Assembly: GCA_040256005.1 (NCBI GenBank) | Contig: JBDZWC010000039.1 | Coordinates: forward strand, 1 to 22,439 | Direction of reading: 5' to 3' | DNA length: 22,439 nt | Source of the DNA: Deinococcaceae bacterium | Lineage (GTDB): Bacteria > Deinococcota > Deinococci > Deinococcales > Trueperaceae | Shown: positions 1-7,933 of the stretch, piece after piece | Position numbering within the stretch: position 1 is the stretch's first letter | How the letters are laid out: every line of letters starts with the position of its first letter | Translations under genes and position numbers: made by a program | Notes under the pieces: generated by a model | Databases searched by the model: none | What the model saw: only the letters and a program-made list of their open reading frames with translations | What the model was told of the DNA's origin: nothing

Positions 1-1
1 G

Positions 2-1255
2 GTACCTTTCGTACAGGCGGACCGCGTGAGTGTAGGGGGCGGCGTAGTACTCGTCGGCCGTGACGTCCAGAAGGCCGTCCCATCTGACGTTGCGCGTACG
101 CGGGCGAGTGGCCGCGAACGCCTTTATCACCTCGGCGTGCGGCTTGAGCGAACCGTCCGGCCTGACAAGGCCGAAGTGGCGCTCGTGTCGCGACTCGACG
201 AGCGGCGGAGAGCCGTATAGGCTCTCGTGGTAGTCGGCGAAGCACCACAAAAGCGAGCCTGTAGCGCCCACCTCGACGAGGCGGGGCAGCACCTGGCTCA
301 CGTACTGAGCCAGCGCCTCCTCGGATGCCATGAACTGCTCGCGTTCCTCGCCGTAGCTGTTCCACCGCCACGTCTGCGACGGCTCACCTAGTGGAGCCGT
401 GCAGCCGCCCCACTCCTCGGCGAGGACCCGCTTGCCAGAGAGCGCAGCGGTGAGCGCGCACGTGAACGGCACGAGGTCGGGATCCAGTGGGTGTCGCGCC
501 AGCGGCAGGTACATGGGATAGGCGTGCATGACGGCGATGTCGGTGTGCGAGAAAACCTCGTCAACCCGCAGCCCGTTGTCCTGCAGCAGGCTGGCCGCGT
601 GCAGACCAACCGTGACGGCATGGGACGGGTCTAGCCGTCTCACCGCGGCCGTCATGTCGCGGGTCCACCGGTCCCCTGCGCCGTCAGCAGCTGGCCACGC
701 GAACAGATCCGGCTCGTTGCCGAGGTTCCACAGCCTGATGGCCGGGTGCGACCTCAGGTTCGATATGACCTCTGTGAGGAGGACCTCGGCCGCAGAGCGC
801 ATGAGCAGGTCTTCGTAAGGGTCGCGGTAGCCAAGTTCCACGGGCGCGCCGTGGCTGACGACCTGTCGTGGTGCCTGGCCGCCCGACAGGGCGCCGTGCC
901 GACGGTCGACCAGCGACCACTGCGGCGCCCAGTTGGGGCCGCTCATGTGGCCGACGAAGAAGGTGACGTCGAGGCCAAGGCCGAAGGTAGCAGCCAGGTC
1001 GCACACGCGCTCCAGCTCGGCGAGCCTGCGTGATGAGACCTCGTCAGGATGTGGTTGCCAGTCGTCCCACAGCAGGAAGACCCTCACGAGGTCCATGCCA
1101 AGCGAGGCGATGAGCGCCAGGTCGTCCTCGACCTCGGCAGCGTCGAAGTCACGCCACCAGCTCATCGCCTTGCGTCTGGGCCAGTAGTTGACGCCCAGGC
1201 TGAAGGCTTGGTCCTCGAGTTGTGCAGCGGCTGCCTCGCGTCCTCCCAGCGTCAC
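2..1255 (-). CDS. GH5-family (clan GH-A) glycoside hydrolase, probable beta-mannosidase/beta-glycosidase; 3' end truncated by the window edge
   Basis: Not in the ORF track because it has no stop inside the window. GTG at 1253-1255 overlaps the permease stop (GTGA). Manual translation gives MTLGGREAAAAQLEDQAFSLGVNYWPRRKAMSWWRDFD...LVRVFLLWDDWQP...GHMSGPNWAPQW...WNLGNEPD (acid/base)...MHAYPMY...VLAEEWGG (nucleophile)...LLWCFADY...HERHFGLVRPDGSLKP, open to the edge. Confidence 0.88.
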   Translation of the reverse strand, partial: MTLGGREAAAAQLEDQAFSLGVNYWPRRKAMSWWRDFDAAEVEDDLALIASLGMDLVRVFLLWDDWQPHPDEVSSRRLAELERVCDLAATFGLGLDVTFFVGHMSGPNWAPQWSLVDRRHGALSGGQAPRQVVSHGAPVELGYRDPYEDLLMRSAAEVLLTEVISNLRSHPAIRLWNLGNEPDLFAWPAADGAGDRWTRDMTAAVRRLDPSHAVTVGLHAASLLQDNGLRVDEVFSHTDIAVMHAYPMYLPLARHPLDPDLVPFTCALTAALSGKRVLAEEWGGCTAPLGEPSQTWRWNSYGEEREQFMASEEALAQYVSQVLPRLVEVGATGSLLWCFADYHESLYGSPPLVESRHERHFGLVRPDGSLKPHAEVIKAFAATRPRTRNVRWDGLLDVTADEYYAAPYTHAVRLYERY

Positions 1256-2358
1256 TTCTCGACGCCCGTTATCACGATGCCGCGCATGAAGAACCGTTGC
1301 GAGAAGAAGAAGAGCAGGACGGGCAGGACCATGCCAAGCAGCGCCGTCGCCTGGATGAGGTGCGGCTGCTGCGAGTAGATGAAGTTGAACTGCTGTATGC
1401 CCACGGAGATTGGTTGAAGGTCGGGCCTGCCGAGGGTGTAGAGCAGCGGTTCGAAGTAGTCGTTCCACGCGAAGACGATGTGGAAGAGAGCTACGGCGAT
1501 TATCACCGGGTACGACTGCGGGACGATGACCGAGGTGAGTACCCGCAGCGGACCGGCCCCGTCGATCATGGCAGCCTCGTCGAGCTCTCGTGGCAACTGC
1601 ATGAAGTACTGCCGGAGCAGGAACACGTTGAAGGCGTTGGCGAAGAAGTGCGGGATTATCAAGGGCAGCCACGTGCCCGTCCAGCCGATGGCGTCGAAGA
1701 ACGCGTAGGTTGGCACGAGCAGCACCTGCTTGGGCAGGATGATGGTGGCGATGAGCACCATGAACAGCACGCCCTTGAACGGCAGGGGGAACCGCGCGAA
1801 GGCGTACGCCACCATCACGCAAGAGATAAGGGTGCCTAGCATCCCGGTGAACGCGATGAACGCCGTGTTGAAGAGCAGGCGTGGGAACTTGATCCCGTTC
1901 CATACCTCGGCGAAGTTGCCCGTACGCGGCGCGAACACGAACACGGGGTCCAACGTGCGCCACGATCCCTCCCACGTGATCTCGGTTCCCGTCGGGTCGT
2001 CGGGCGCCACGAAGACGCTTTCGCGCCTACCCGGACGGACGAGGGCCAGCTCGCGCATCCCTTCCTCGGTGGGCACCTGGTAAACGGTGCGGTCCTGCCC
2101 GTCGACGCTGACGCTCAGGGGGTCCACGGGCATTATGGGCCCGGTCGCGCTGGCCACGATCTGGTCGCGGTCCTTGAACGAAGTCACCAACATGTAAGCG
2201 AAAGGCATCAAGAACGCCAGCAAGATCATGGAGGCGAACAGCGTGACCGTGCCGTACGCCGCCATCTGGCGGAGGCCCCTACGGTAGTTGGGCGCGGTGT
2301 TGAGGTACGAGCCGCCGATGGTGGGGTAGGCGGCGGCCCGGCCGCGGGTGACGGCCAT
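1252..2358 (-). CDS. Carbohydrate ABC transporter permease (MalG/UgpE-like)
   Basis: Multiple TM segments, EAA loop ELDEAAMIDGAG, AWNDYFEPL motif. Its start overlaps the upstream permease stop (TGATG). Confidence 0.93.
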   Translation of the reverse strand: MAVTRGRAAAYPTIGGSYLNTAPNYRRGLRQMAAYGTVTLFASMILLAFLMPFAYMLVTSFKDRDQIVASATGPIMPVDPLSVSVDGQDRTVYQVPTEEGMRELALVRPGRRESVFVAPDDPTGTEITWEGSWRTLDPVFVFAPRTGNFAEVWNGIKFPRLLFNTAFIAFTGMLGTLISCVMVAYAFARFPLPFKGVLFMVLIATIILPKQVLLVPTYAFFDAIGWTGTWLPLIIPHFFANAFNVFLLRQYFMQLPRELDEAAMIDGAGPLRVLTSVIVPQSYPVIIAVALFHIVFAWNDYFEPLLYTLGRPDLQPISVGIQQFNFIYSQQPHLIQATALLGMVLPVLLFFFSQRFFMRGIVITGVEK

Positions 2359-3296
2359 CAGCCGCGGTCCCCGGCGGCGTAGAAGACCCAGTAGCGCGCG
2401 CTGTAGAATAGCAGGCCGGTCATGACCATCGTGATCGCGAACAGTAGCCAGGCCAGGGCCGACCCGTAGCCCATGTCGAAGAACACGAAGCTCGTCTTGT
2501 AGAAGTGGATGTTGAAGAACATCGTCGAGTTGCCGGGCCTACCGGTGCCGTTCGAGAGGATGAACGGCACCTCGAAGTACCGCATCAGACCGATGATCGA
2601 GAGCACCAGGTTGTAGAAGATGACCGGCGAGATCATGGGCAGCGTGATGTGCCTGAAGCGCGCCCAGCCGCTGGCGCCGTCCACACGGGCTGCCTCGTAG
2701 TAGGCAGACGGCACAGCCTGCATGCTGGCAAGCGTGATCAGGAACGCGTTGCCGATGCCCCAGAGCCCGATGATCACCAGGGCCGGGTAGATCCAGGTGA
2801 CGTCGTCGAGCCAGTTGGGCCCGGTGACGCCGATGAGTCGCAAGATACGGTTGATCCAGCCGGTCTGCGCGTTGAGGACGCCCTGCCAGATGAAGATCGC
2901 TGACACGATGGGCACCACGTAGGGCATGTAGAAGAGCGTGCGGAACAGCGGCTTGCCCACGAGCCAGCGGCTGTTGAGAAGAGCCGCGAGGGCCACGGGT
3001 AGCACGATGCCGATGGGCAGCGCGATCGCTGCGAAGTTGAAGGTGACGCCCAGTGAGACCTTCACCAGTGGGTCGACGAACAGCTTCCGGTAGTTGTCGA
3101 GGCCCACGAAGGACACGGCCTCCGGGTCGGTGAGCTTGAAGTCTGTGAACGAGAAGACGAGCGAGGCGAGTATGGGCAGGATCGTGAACGCCAGGAAACC
3201 GATGATCCACGGCGACAGGAAGATCCAACCCCAGACACGTTGTTCGCGCTTGAGCGGCGAGGGCCTGCGGGTCGTGCCGGCGGAGACTGCACTCAC
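2358..3296 (-). CDS. Carbohydrate ABC transporter permease (MalF/UgpA-like)
   Basis: FLSPWIIGF, FVGLDNY, EAA loop YYEAARVDGASGW, MGYGSALAW. Start moved from 3356 to GTG 3296 because a GGAGG RBS precedes it and the longer start would run through the intergenic hairpin. Confidence 0.92.
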   Translation of the reverse strand: MSAVSAGTTRRPSPLKREQRVWGWIFLSPWIIGFLAFTILPILASLVFSFTDFKLTDPEAVSFVGLDNYRKLFVDPLVKVSLGVTFNFAAIALPIGIVLPVALAALLNSRWLVGKPLFRTLFYMPYVVPIVSAIFIWQGVLNAQTGWINRILRLIGVTGPNWLDDVTWIYPALVIIGLWGIGNAFLITLASMQAVPSAYYEAARVDGASGWARFRHITLPMISPVIFYNLVLSIIGLMRYFEVPFILSNGTGRPGNSTMFFNIHFYKTSFVFFDMGYGSALAWLLFAITMVMTGLLFYSARYWVFYAAGDRG

Positions 3297-3321
3297 GCGA
3301 AGTCCTCCCTTGGCGGGGAGC

Positions 3322-3354
3322 GCGGCCGGCCGCCACCTCCAGGCGGCCGGCCGC
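3322..3354. terminator. Perfect 13-bp GC stem-loop between the solute-binding protein and permease genes (mRNA stabiliser or partial terminator)
   Basis: GCGGCCGGCCGCC (3322-3334), 7-nt loop ACCTCCA, GGCGGCCGGCCGC (3342-3354). No poly-U tail. Confidence 0.65.
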
Positions 3355-3372
3355 ACACCTCTTGGCTAGAGC

Positions 3373-4710
3373 CTACTGAGCCTCGTCGAAGATCACCTGG
3401 AGGTCGGCGATGAGGCGATCGATCTCGGCGTCGATGTCAAGACCAGGCTGGCTGTCGAGCAGCGACTTGAACTGGTCGAGGCGGTCGTTCGCCCGGTTGT
3501 GGTTGGGCATCGCCGTCTCGTGGCTGGGCACGTCGGCGTAGGCCACATGCGCCCTCGCGACGTCCCAGTTCACGCCCTGCGGGTACTTCTCGTCGAGCGT
3601 GGCGAAGAACGCCGCCTGGTCATCCGGACGCGTGGGCATGCCGCCGTAGACCGCGAGCAGGTCCATGGAGGCGGGACCGGTCAGGTACTTGAGGACCTCG
3701 AACGCCTCTTGCGGGTGCTCGGTCTGCTTCATGATGCGGAACGTGTCGGCGTGGAGGCGCGCCGTGACCGTGCCGTTGTAGCTGGGCAGCGCCGCAGCGT
3801 TCCACTCCGAACCCGAAAGACAGCACGTGTACCAGAGGTGCGACTGGGCCATGGCGACGTTGCCTGATTCGAACGGGTTGCCCGCGGCCAGCAGGTCGGA
3901 TCCGTCCTCGGCAGCGTTGGGCATGAACTGGTCGGTCCAGATCGCGTCGTAGTACCACTTCCAGCCCTCGCGCCAGTTGTCTGGCATCTGGGCGTTGCCG
4001 TTCTCGTCGACCATCAGGCCGGGACCGAACAGGGTGACGTTCTGACGGGCGGCGCCAGCGCCGGCCCACTGGTTGACGAAGCCCCACTGCACGGTGTTGT
4101 CGCCGTCGAACTCGGGCATAGTGGCGTCGTTGCCGTTGGCGTCGACGGTGAGGATCTTGGCGACCTCGGCCAGCGTGTCCATGTTCCACTCGACCTCTTG
4201 GCCGTCCAGTACGTACGGGTCACCGATGTTCGCGGGCGGGTACTCCAGTCCGGCCTCGTCGAACAGCGCCGGCCGGTAGTACAGGAACGCGGGGAAGCTG
4301 GCGAACGGGATCCCGATGAGCCCGTCGGCCGTGCGCTGGTTGTCGACGGCCGCATCCGGGAACTGGCTCAGGTCGTAGCCGTCGGCTTCGATGAGTGGCT
4401 CCAGATCGAGGAAGTTGCCAGCGAAGGCGACCGAGCCTGCGCCGCCGACGGGCCCCACGATGTCGGGCGCCTCGCCGGTGGCGATGAGCGTCGACAGGGT
4501 GGTGACCGAGACCTCGTTCGTCACGTAGACGATCTCCAGCTGGATGTCGTCGTGCTCGGCGTTGAACTGCTCGACGATGGCGTCCTGGGCCGCCTTCTGC
4601 TCGGGTTGCGCGCCGGCGCCGAGGCCGACGAACCAGGTGATGGTCACCGGCTGTGCCAGGGCTACCCCTGCCAGCATCGCCAGCGCCGCCGTCAATAGTC
4701 TCCTGCCCAT
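3373..4710 (-). CDS. Sugar ABC transporter extracellular solute-binding protein (family 1)
   Basis: Sec/SPI signal peptide (MGRRLLTAALAMLAGVALA-Q), FNAEHDDIQLE, GEAPDIV, LYYRPALFDEAGLEYP, FESGNVAM, EAFEVLKYL. Lies upstream of two permeases. Confidence 0.93.
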   Translation of the reverse strand: MGRRLLTAALAMLAGVALAQPVTITWFVGLGAGAQPEQKAAQDAIVEQFNAEHDDIQLEIVYVTNEVSVTTLSTLIATGEAPDIVGPVGGAGSVAFAGNFLDLEPLIEADGYDLSQFPDAAVDNQRTADGLIGIPFASFPAFLYYRPALFDEAGLEYPPANIGDPYVLDGQEVEWNMDTLAEVAKILTVDANGNDATMPEFDGDNTVQWGFVNQWAGAGAARQNVTLFGPGLMVDENGNAQMPDNWREGWKWYYDAIWTDQFMPNAAEDGSDLLAAGNPFESGNVAMAQSHLWYTCCLSGSEWNAAALPSYNGTVTARLHADTFRIMKQTEHPQEAFEVLKYLTGPASMDLLAVYGGMPTRPDDQAAFFATLDEKYPQGVNWDVARAHVAYADVPSHETAMPNHNRANDRLDQFKSLLDSQPGLDIDAEIDRLIADLQVIFDEAQ

Positions 4711-4731
4711 CTCACACGTCCTTCCCGGCGG

Positions 4732-5949
4732 TCATCTGACCGCCACCAACGGGTGTTCGTACGGATGAGAGCGGGGATCCGGCCGCTCGTCCGACGAGGT
4801 GGGGAAAGGCGCCAGCAGCGCCTGGAGGGGAAGAGTGGCGACGCCGCGCGCTACGGCGTCGGCGCCGAGCTCGGCGGTTACCAGCCGCGTCGTGGACGGC
4901 ATCAGTGAGGACCGCAGCCTCGGCAAACGAGTCTCGAGCCGCGCGCGCAGGGCCTCCACCAAGGAGAGTTCCCAGGCGCCGCCGAACACGATCGCCTCGG
5001 GATCGAGAAGGTACTCGGCCGCGACCAGGGCGGGGGCGAGGCCCTCCGCCGCGGAGTCGAGCCAACGGTCCAATAGCGGCTCCCCGGCCGCCAGCAGAGC
5101 CGCCAGGTCGGCGTAGGAGGAGGCCTGCACGCCGTGACGCGCGAGGTGGTCGTAGAGGCGGAAGAGGTCGAAGCGGCGCCCCAGGTGGTCCGCGTCGCCT
5201 TTCGGGTCTGTGGGCAGGTAGCCGAGCTCGCCGGCGTTGCCCTGCCAGCCCCGGTGAGCCCGCCCGTTGGCCACGATCGCGCCGCCCAGGCCGACGCCCA
5301 GGAAGAAGTAGAAGTAGCTGGAGAGCTCGGCCCCCACGCCGAAGTAGCTCTCGCCCAGGGCGGCGGCGGTGGCGTTGTTCTCGAGGAACACCGGCGTGTT
5401 CAGGCGGCTGGACAGCTTCGCCCTGACCGACACGTTCTCCCAGCCGGGGAAGCCTTCCGGGTTGATGACGTTGTCCACGACGCCGTCGGTGATGCGCAGT
5501 GGGCCGGGGAAGCCGATCCCTATGCCCCACAGCCGGCGCTCGTCCACGCCGCGCGCGAGCTTCTCGACGACCCCGATGACGAGGTCGAGAGCCTCTTCGG
5601 GTGAAGGGAAGTCGCGTTCCAGGTAGGTGCGCGCCCTGACGTTGCCTGCCAGGTCCACGAGCAGACCCGTGAGATGACCTCTGTCCAGGTCGAGCCCGAT
5701 GCTCATGGCGCCGCTGGGCTCCACGGACAGCAGCGTGGGGGAGCGCCCGCGGGCACCCTGGCGCTGGCCGCCTTCGCGCACGAGGCCCTGGCGCAGGAGC
5801 TCGGTGACGAGGTTGCTGACGGTCTGTGGGGTGAGGCCGGAGCGCCTGGCCACGTCGGACCGCGCCAACGGCCCATGCAGCCTGACCGTCTCCAAGACGG
5901 TGCGCAGGTTGTGAACCCGCGCGTGTTCGAGGTTGGTGCCCCTGAGCAC
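4732..5949 (-). CDS. ROK-family transcriptional repressor (N-terminal HTH plus ROK domain)
   Basis: HTH LARSDVARRSGLTPQTVSNLVTELL, GRSP linker, GIGIGFPGP, ENNATAAALGE, GVGLGGAIV, GNAGELG. GTG start with GGAGG RBS. Confidence 0.93.
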   Translation of the reverse strand: MLRGTNLEHARVHNLRTVLETVRLHGPLARSDVARRSGLTPQTVSNLVTELLRQGLVREGGQRQGARGRSPTLLSVEPSGAMSIGLDLDRGHLTGLLVDLAGNVRARTYLERDFPSPEEALDLVIGVVEKLARGVDERRLWGIGIGFPGPLRITDGVVDNVINPEGFPGWENVSVRAKLSSRLNTPVFLENNATAAALGESYFGVGAELSSYFYFFLGVGLGGAIVANGRAHRGWQGNAGELGYLPTDPKGDADHLGRRFDLFRLYDHLARHGVQASSYADLAALLAAGEPLLDRWLDSAAEGLAPALVAAEYLLDPEAIVFGGAWELSLVEALRARLETRLPRLRSSLMPSTTRLVTAELGADAVARGVATLPLQALLAPFPTSSDERPDPRSHPYEHPLVAVR

Positions 5950-6009
5950 TTGGCCTCCCTGAGGTCGCGTGCCGGACTAGGCCGGAACGTCGCTCACTTG
6001 TCGATGCCA

Positions 6010-6040
6010 TTAGTTCATCAAATTGATTTAGAAATGTCAA
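6010..6040 (-). promoter_or_regulatory. Sigma70-type promoter (-35 TTGACA) of the ROK/sugar operon with an adjacent imperfect AT-rich palindrome (candidate ROK operator)
   Basis: The minus strand reads TTGACA (6035-6040) followed by TTTCTAAATCAATTTGATGAACTAAT. The dyad TTAGTTCA-TCAAAT-TGATTTAG lies at 6010-6031, a conspicuous AT-rich island in high-GC DNA. Confidence 0.65.
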
Positions 6041-6085
6041 GTGGTGGCGGCTCGGTGCCGGCGGCATGGTGACCGCGCGTCTCCC

Positions 6086-6130
6086 TTGGCTTTTCGCCAG
6101 GTCAGGGTTGTAGGCTTGCTCGGCTGGAGG
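6086..6130 (+). promoter_or_regulatory. Candidate promoter and RBS of the ABC exporter pair
   Basis: TTGGCT (6086-6091), TAGGCT (6111-6116; 19-bp spacer, atypical), GGAGG (6126-6130) before TTG 6137. Confidence 0.4.
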
Positions 6131-6136
6131 ACGGGG

Positions 6137-7933
6137 TTGACGTTAGCTAGCACGACGCTCGACAGGTCGGGCCCGGGCGAGTTCGCCGTGGAGGGTGCGC
6201 ACGGTTACGACAGGCGCACGCCGCTGCGTTGGATCGTCTCGCACCTCCTGCGCTACTGGCCGCTGCTCGTCTCGTTCTTCGTCTGCGCCCTGGCGACGAA
6301 CGTCCTGTTCTCGACCGTGCCCCGTCTGACCGGCAGGGCCTTCGACGCCGTCCTCAGCGGCCAGGGCACGGCCGCGCTACTGCGCATCGCCCTCAGCATC
6401 CTGGCCGTCGTCGTGACGCGTTCCATCGTCGACATCGCCCAGAGCTTCTCGATCGAGACGCTGGGCCAGAGGCTCGAGCGCGACGCCCGCGATGAGCTGT
6501 ACCAGAGCCTCCTTGGCAAGAGCCAGACGTTCCACAACCGCCAGCGGGTCGGCGACCTCATGGCACGGGCGGCGAACGACGTCAGGCAGCTCAACCCGAT
6601 GATGAACCCGGGCGTCTCGCTGATCTCGGAGTCGGCGATGAGCCTCGTGGTGCCGCTCGTGTTCATGGCGACGATCGACCCACGCTTGCTGCTCTCGCCT
6701 CTCTGCTTCATCGTCACGTTCGGCTTCGCGCTGCGGTCCTACATGCGGCAGCTCAACCCGGTCGTGGGAGAGCTGAGGCAGCGCTTCGGCTTGCTCAACG
6801 CGGGCCTCAACGAGACGATCACCGGCATCGAGGTCGTCAAGTCCACGGTGCAGGAAGGACAGGAGAAGGCCAAGTTCGAGGGGAACGCGCGCGCCGTGAG
6901 GGACCTGTTCGTGAGGCAAGGTCTGGTCCAGGCCCGCTACCTGCCCCTGCTGCTCATCGGCATCGCGGTGGCCGGCGGGTTCGCACACGGGGTGAGCCTG
7001 CTCACGCTCGGCGAGATCACGACCGGCGAGCTCGTGGCGTACATGGGACTGTTCGCGGCGCTGAGGTTCCCGGCCTTCATATCCATCTTCACGTTCTCGC
7101 TCGTGCAGATGGGCCTAGCCGGCGCCAGGCGGATCCTCGAGCTCATCAACAGCGAGGTCGACATGGAGGTGGACGAGCGCGGCCACTCGGGCAGGGTGGA
7201 GGGCGCCATCGAGTTCCGCGACGTCACCTTCGCCTACGAAGGCAGCTCAGAGGGCAAGGACGCCCTGCGCGACGTGAGCTTCCGGGTCGAGTCCGGTCAG
7301 ACCGTGGCCATCGTGGGCCAGACGGGCTCGGGCAAGAGCACGATCACCCGGCTCGTGAACCGCATCTACGACGTCACGGCCGGCAGCATCCTCATCGACG
7401 GCGTCGACGTGCGCGACTGGAACCTGGCCTCGCTCCGCTCGCAGGTGTCGGTGATCGAGCAGGACGTGTTCCTGTTCTCGCGGAGCATCGCCGAGAACAT
7501 CGGGTTCGGGCTAGGGCCCATCGCGACGCGGGAGAACATCATCCAGGCCGCCAAGGCCGCCCAAGCCCACGACTTCATCGTGGGGTTCGCCGACGGGTAC
7601 GAGACCGTCATCGGCGAGCGCGGCGTGACGCTGTCTGGCGGGCAGCGGCAGCGACTCGCCATCGCCCGCGCGCTGCTCACCGACCCTCGCATCCTGGTGC
7701 TGGACGACTCGACGTCGGCCATCGACAGCGCGACAGAGGACCAGATCCAGAAGGCCATCAACAAGGTACTGGAGGGACGGACGACCCTGATGATCACGCA
7801 CCGCCTGTCCCAGATCAGGAAGGCTGACCTGGTCCTGGTGGTGCACGGCGGCGTTCTCGTGGACCAGGGCACGCATCACGAGCTGCTGGACCGCAACCAC
7901 CTCTACCGCCGGATCTTCGCGAGGTTCGACTGA
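6137..7933 (+). CDS. ABC exporter half-transporter (TMD+NBD), subunit 1 of a heterodimeric type IV exporter (TM287/TmrB-like)
   Basis: Hydrophobic TMD, Walker A GQTGSGKS, signature LSGGQ, degenerate Walker B ILVLDD, H-loop ITH. Start refined to the in-frame TTG 6137 after a GGAGG RBS (ORF track gives 6041). Confidence 0.92.
   Translation: MTLASTTLDRSGPGEFAVEGAHGYDRRTPLRWIVSHLLRYWPLLVSFFVCALATNVLFSTVPRLTGRAFDAVLSGQGTAALLRIALSILAVVVTRSIVDIAQSFSIETLGQRLERDARDELYQSLLGKSQTFHNRQRVGDLMARAANDVRQLNPMMNPGVSLISESAMSLVVPLVFMATIDPRLLLSPLCFIVTFGFALRSYMRQLNPVVGELRQRFGLLNAGLNETITGIEVVKSTVQEGQEKAKFEGNARAVRDLFVRQGLVQARYLPLLLIGIAVAGGFAHGVSLLTLGEITTGELVAYMGLFAALRFPAFISIFTFSLVQMGLAGARRILELINSEVDMEVDERGHSGRVEGAIEFRDVTFAYEGSSEGKDALRDVSFRVESGQTVAIVGQTGSGKSTITRLVNRIYDVTAGSILIDGVDVRDWNLASLRSQVSVIEQDVFLFSRSIAENIGFGLGPIATRENIIQAAKAAQAHDFIVGFADGYETVIGERGVTLSGGQRQRLAIARALLTDPRILVLDDSTSAIDSATEDQIQKAINKVLEGRTTLMITHRLSQIRKADLVLVVHGGVLVDQGTHHELLDRNHLYRRIFARFD

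Noticed and set aside
26..1378. Short ORFs listed over the first 1.3 kb
   Set aside because: All are off-frame or antisense to the GH5 gene or the permease 3' end.
4712..6067. 451-aa same-strand ORF overlapping the ROK gene
   Set aside because: Arg/Pro/Gly-rich off-frame reading; the ROK frame has all family motifs and an RBS.
6041..6136. N-terminal extension of ABC exporter subunit 1 in the ORF track
   Set aside because: It overlaps the promoter region; the RBS supports TTG 6137.
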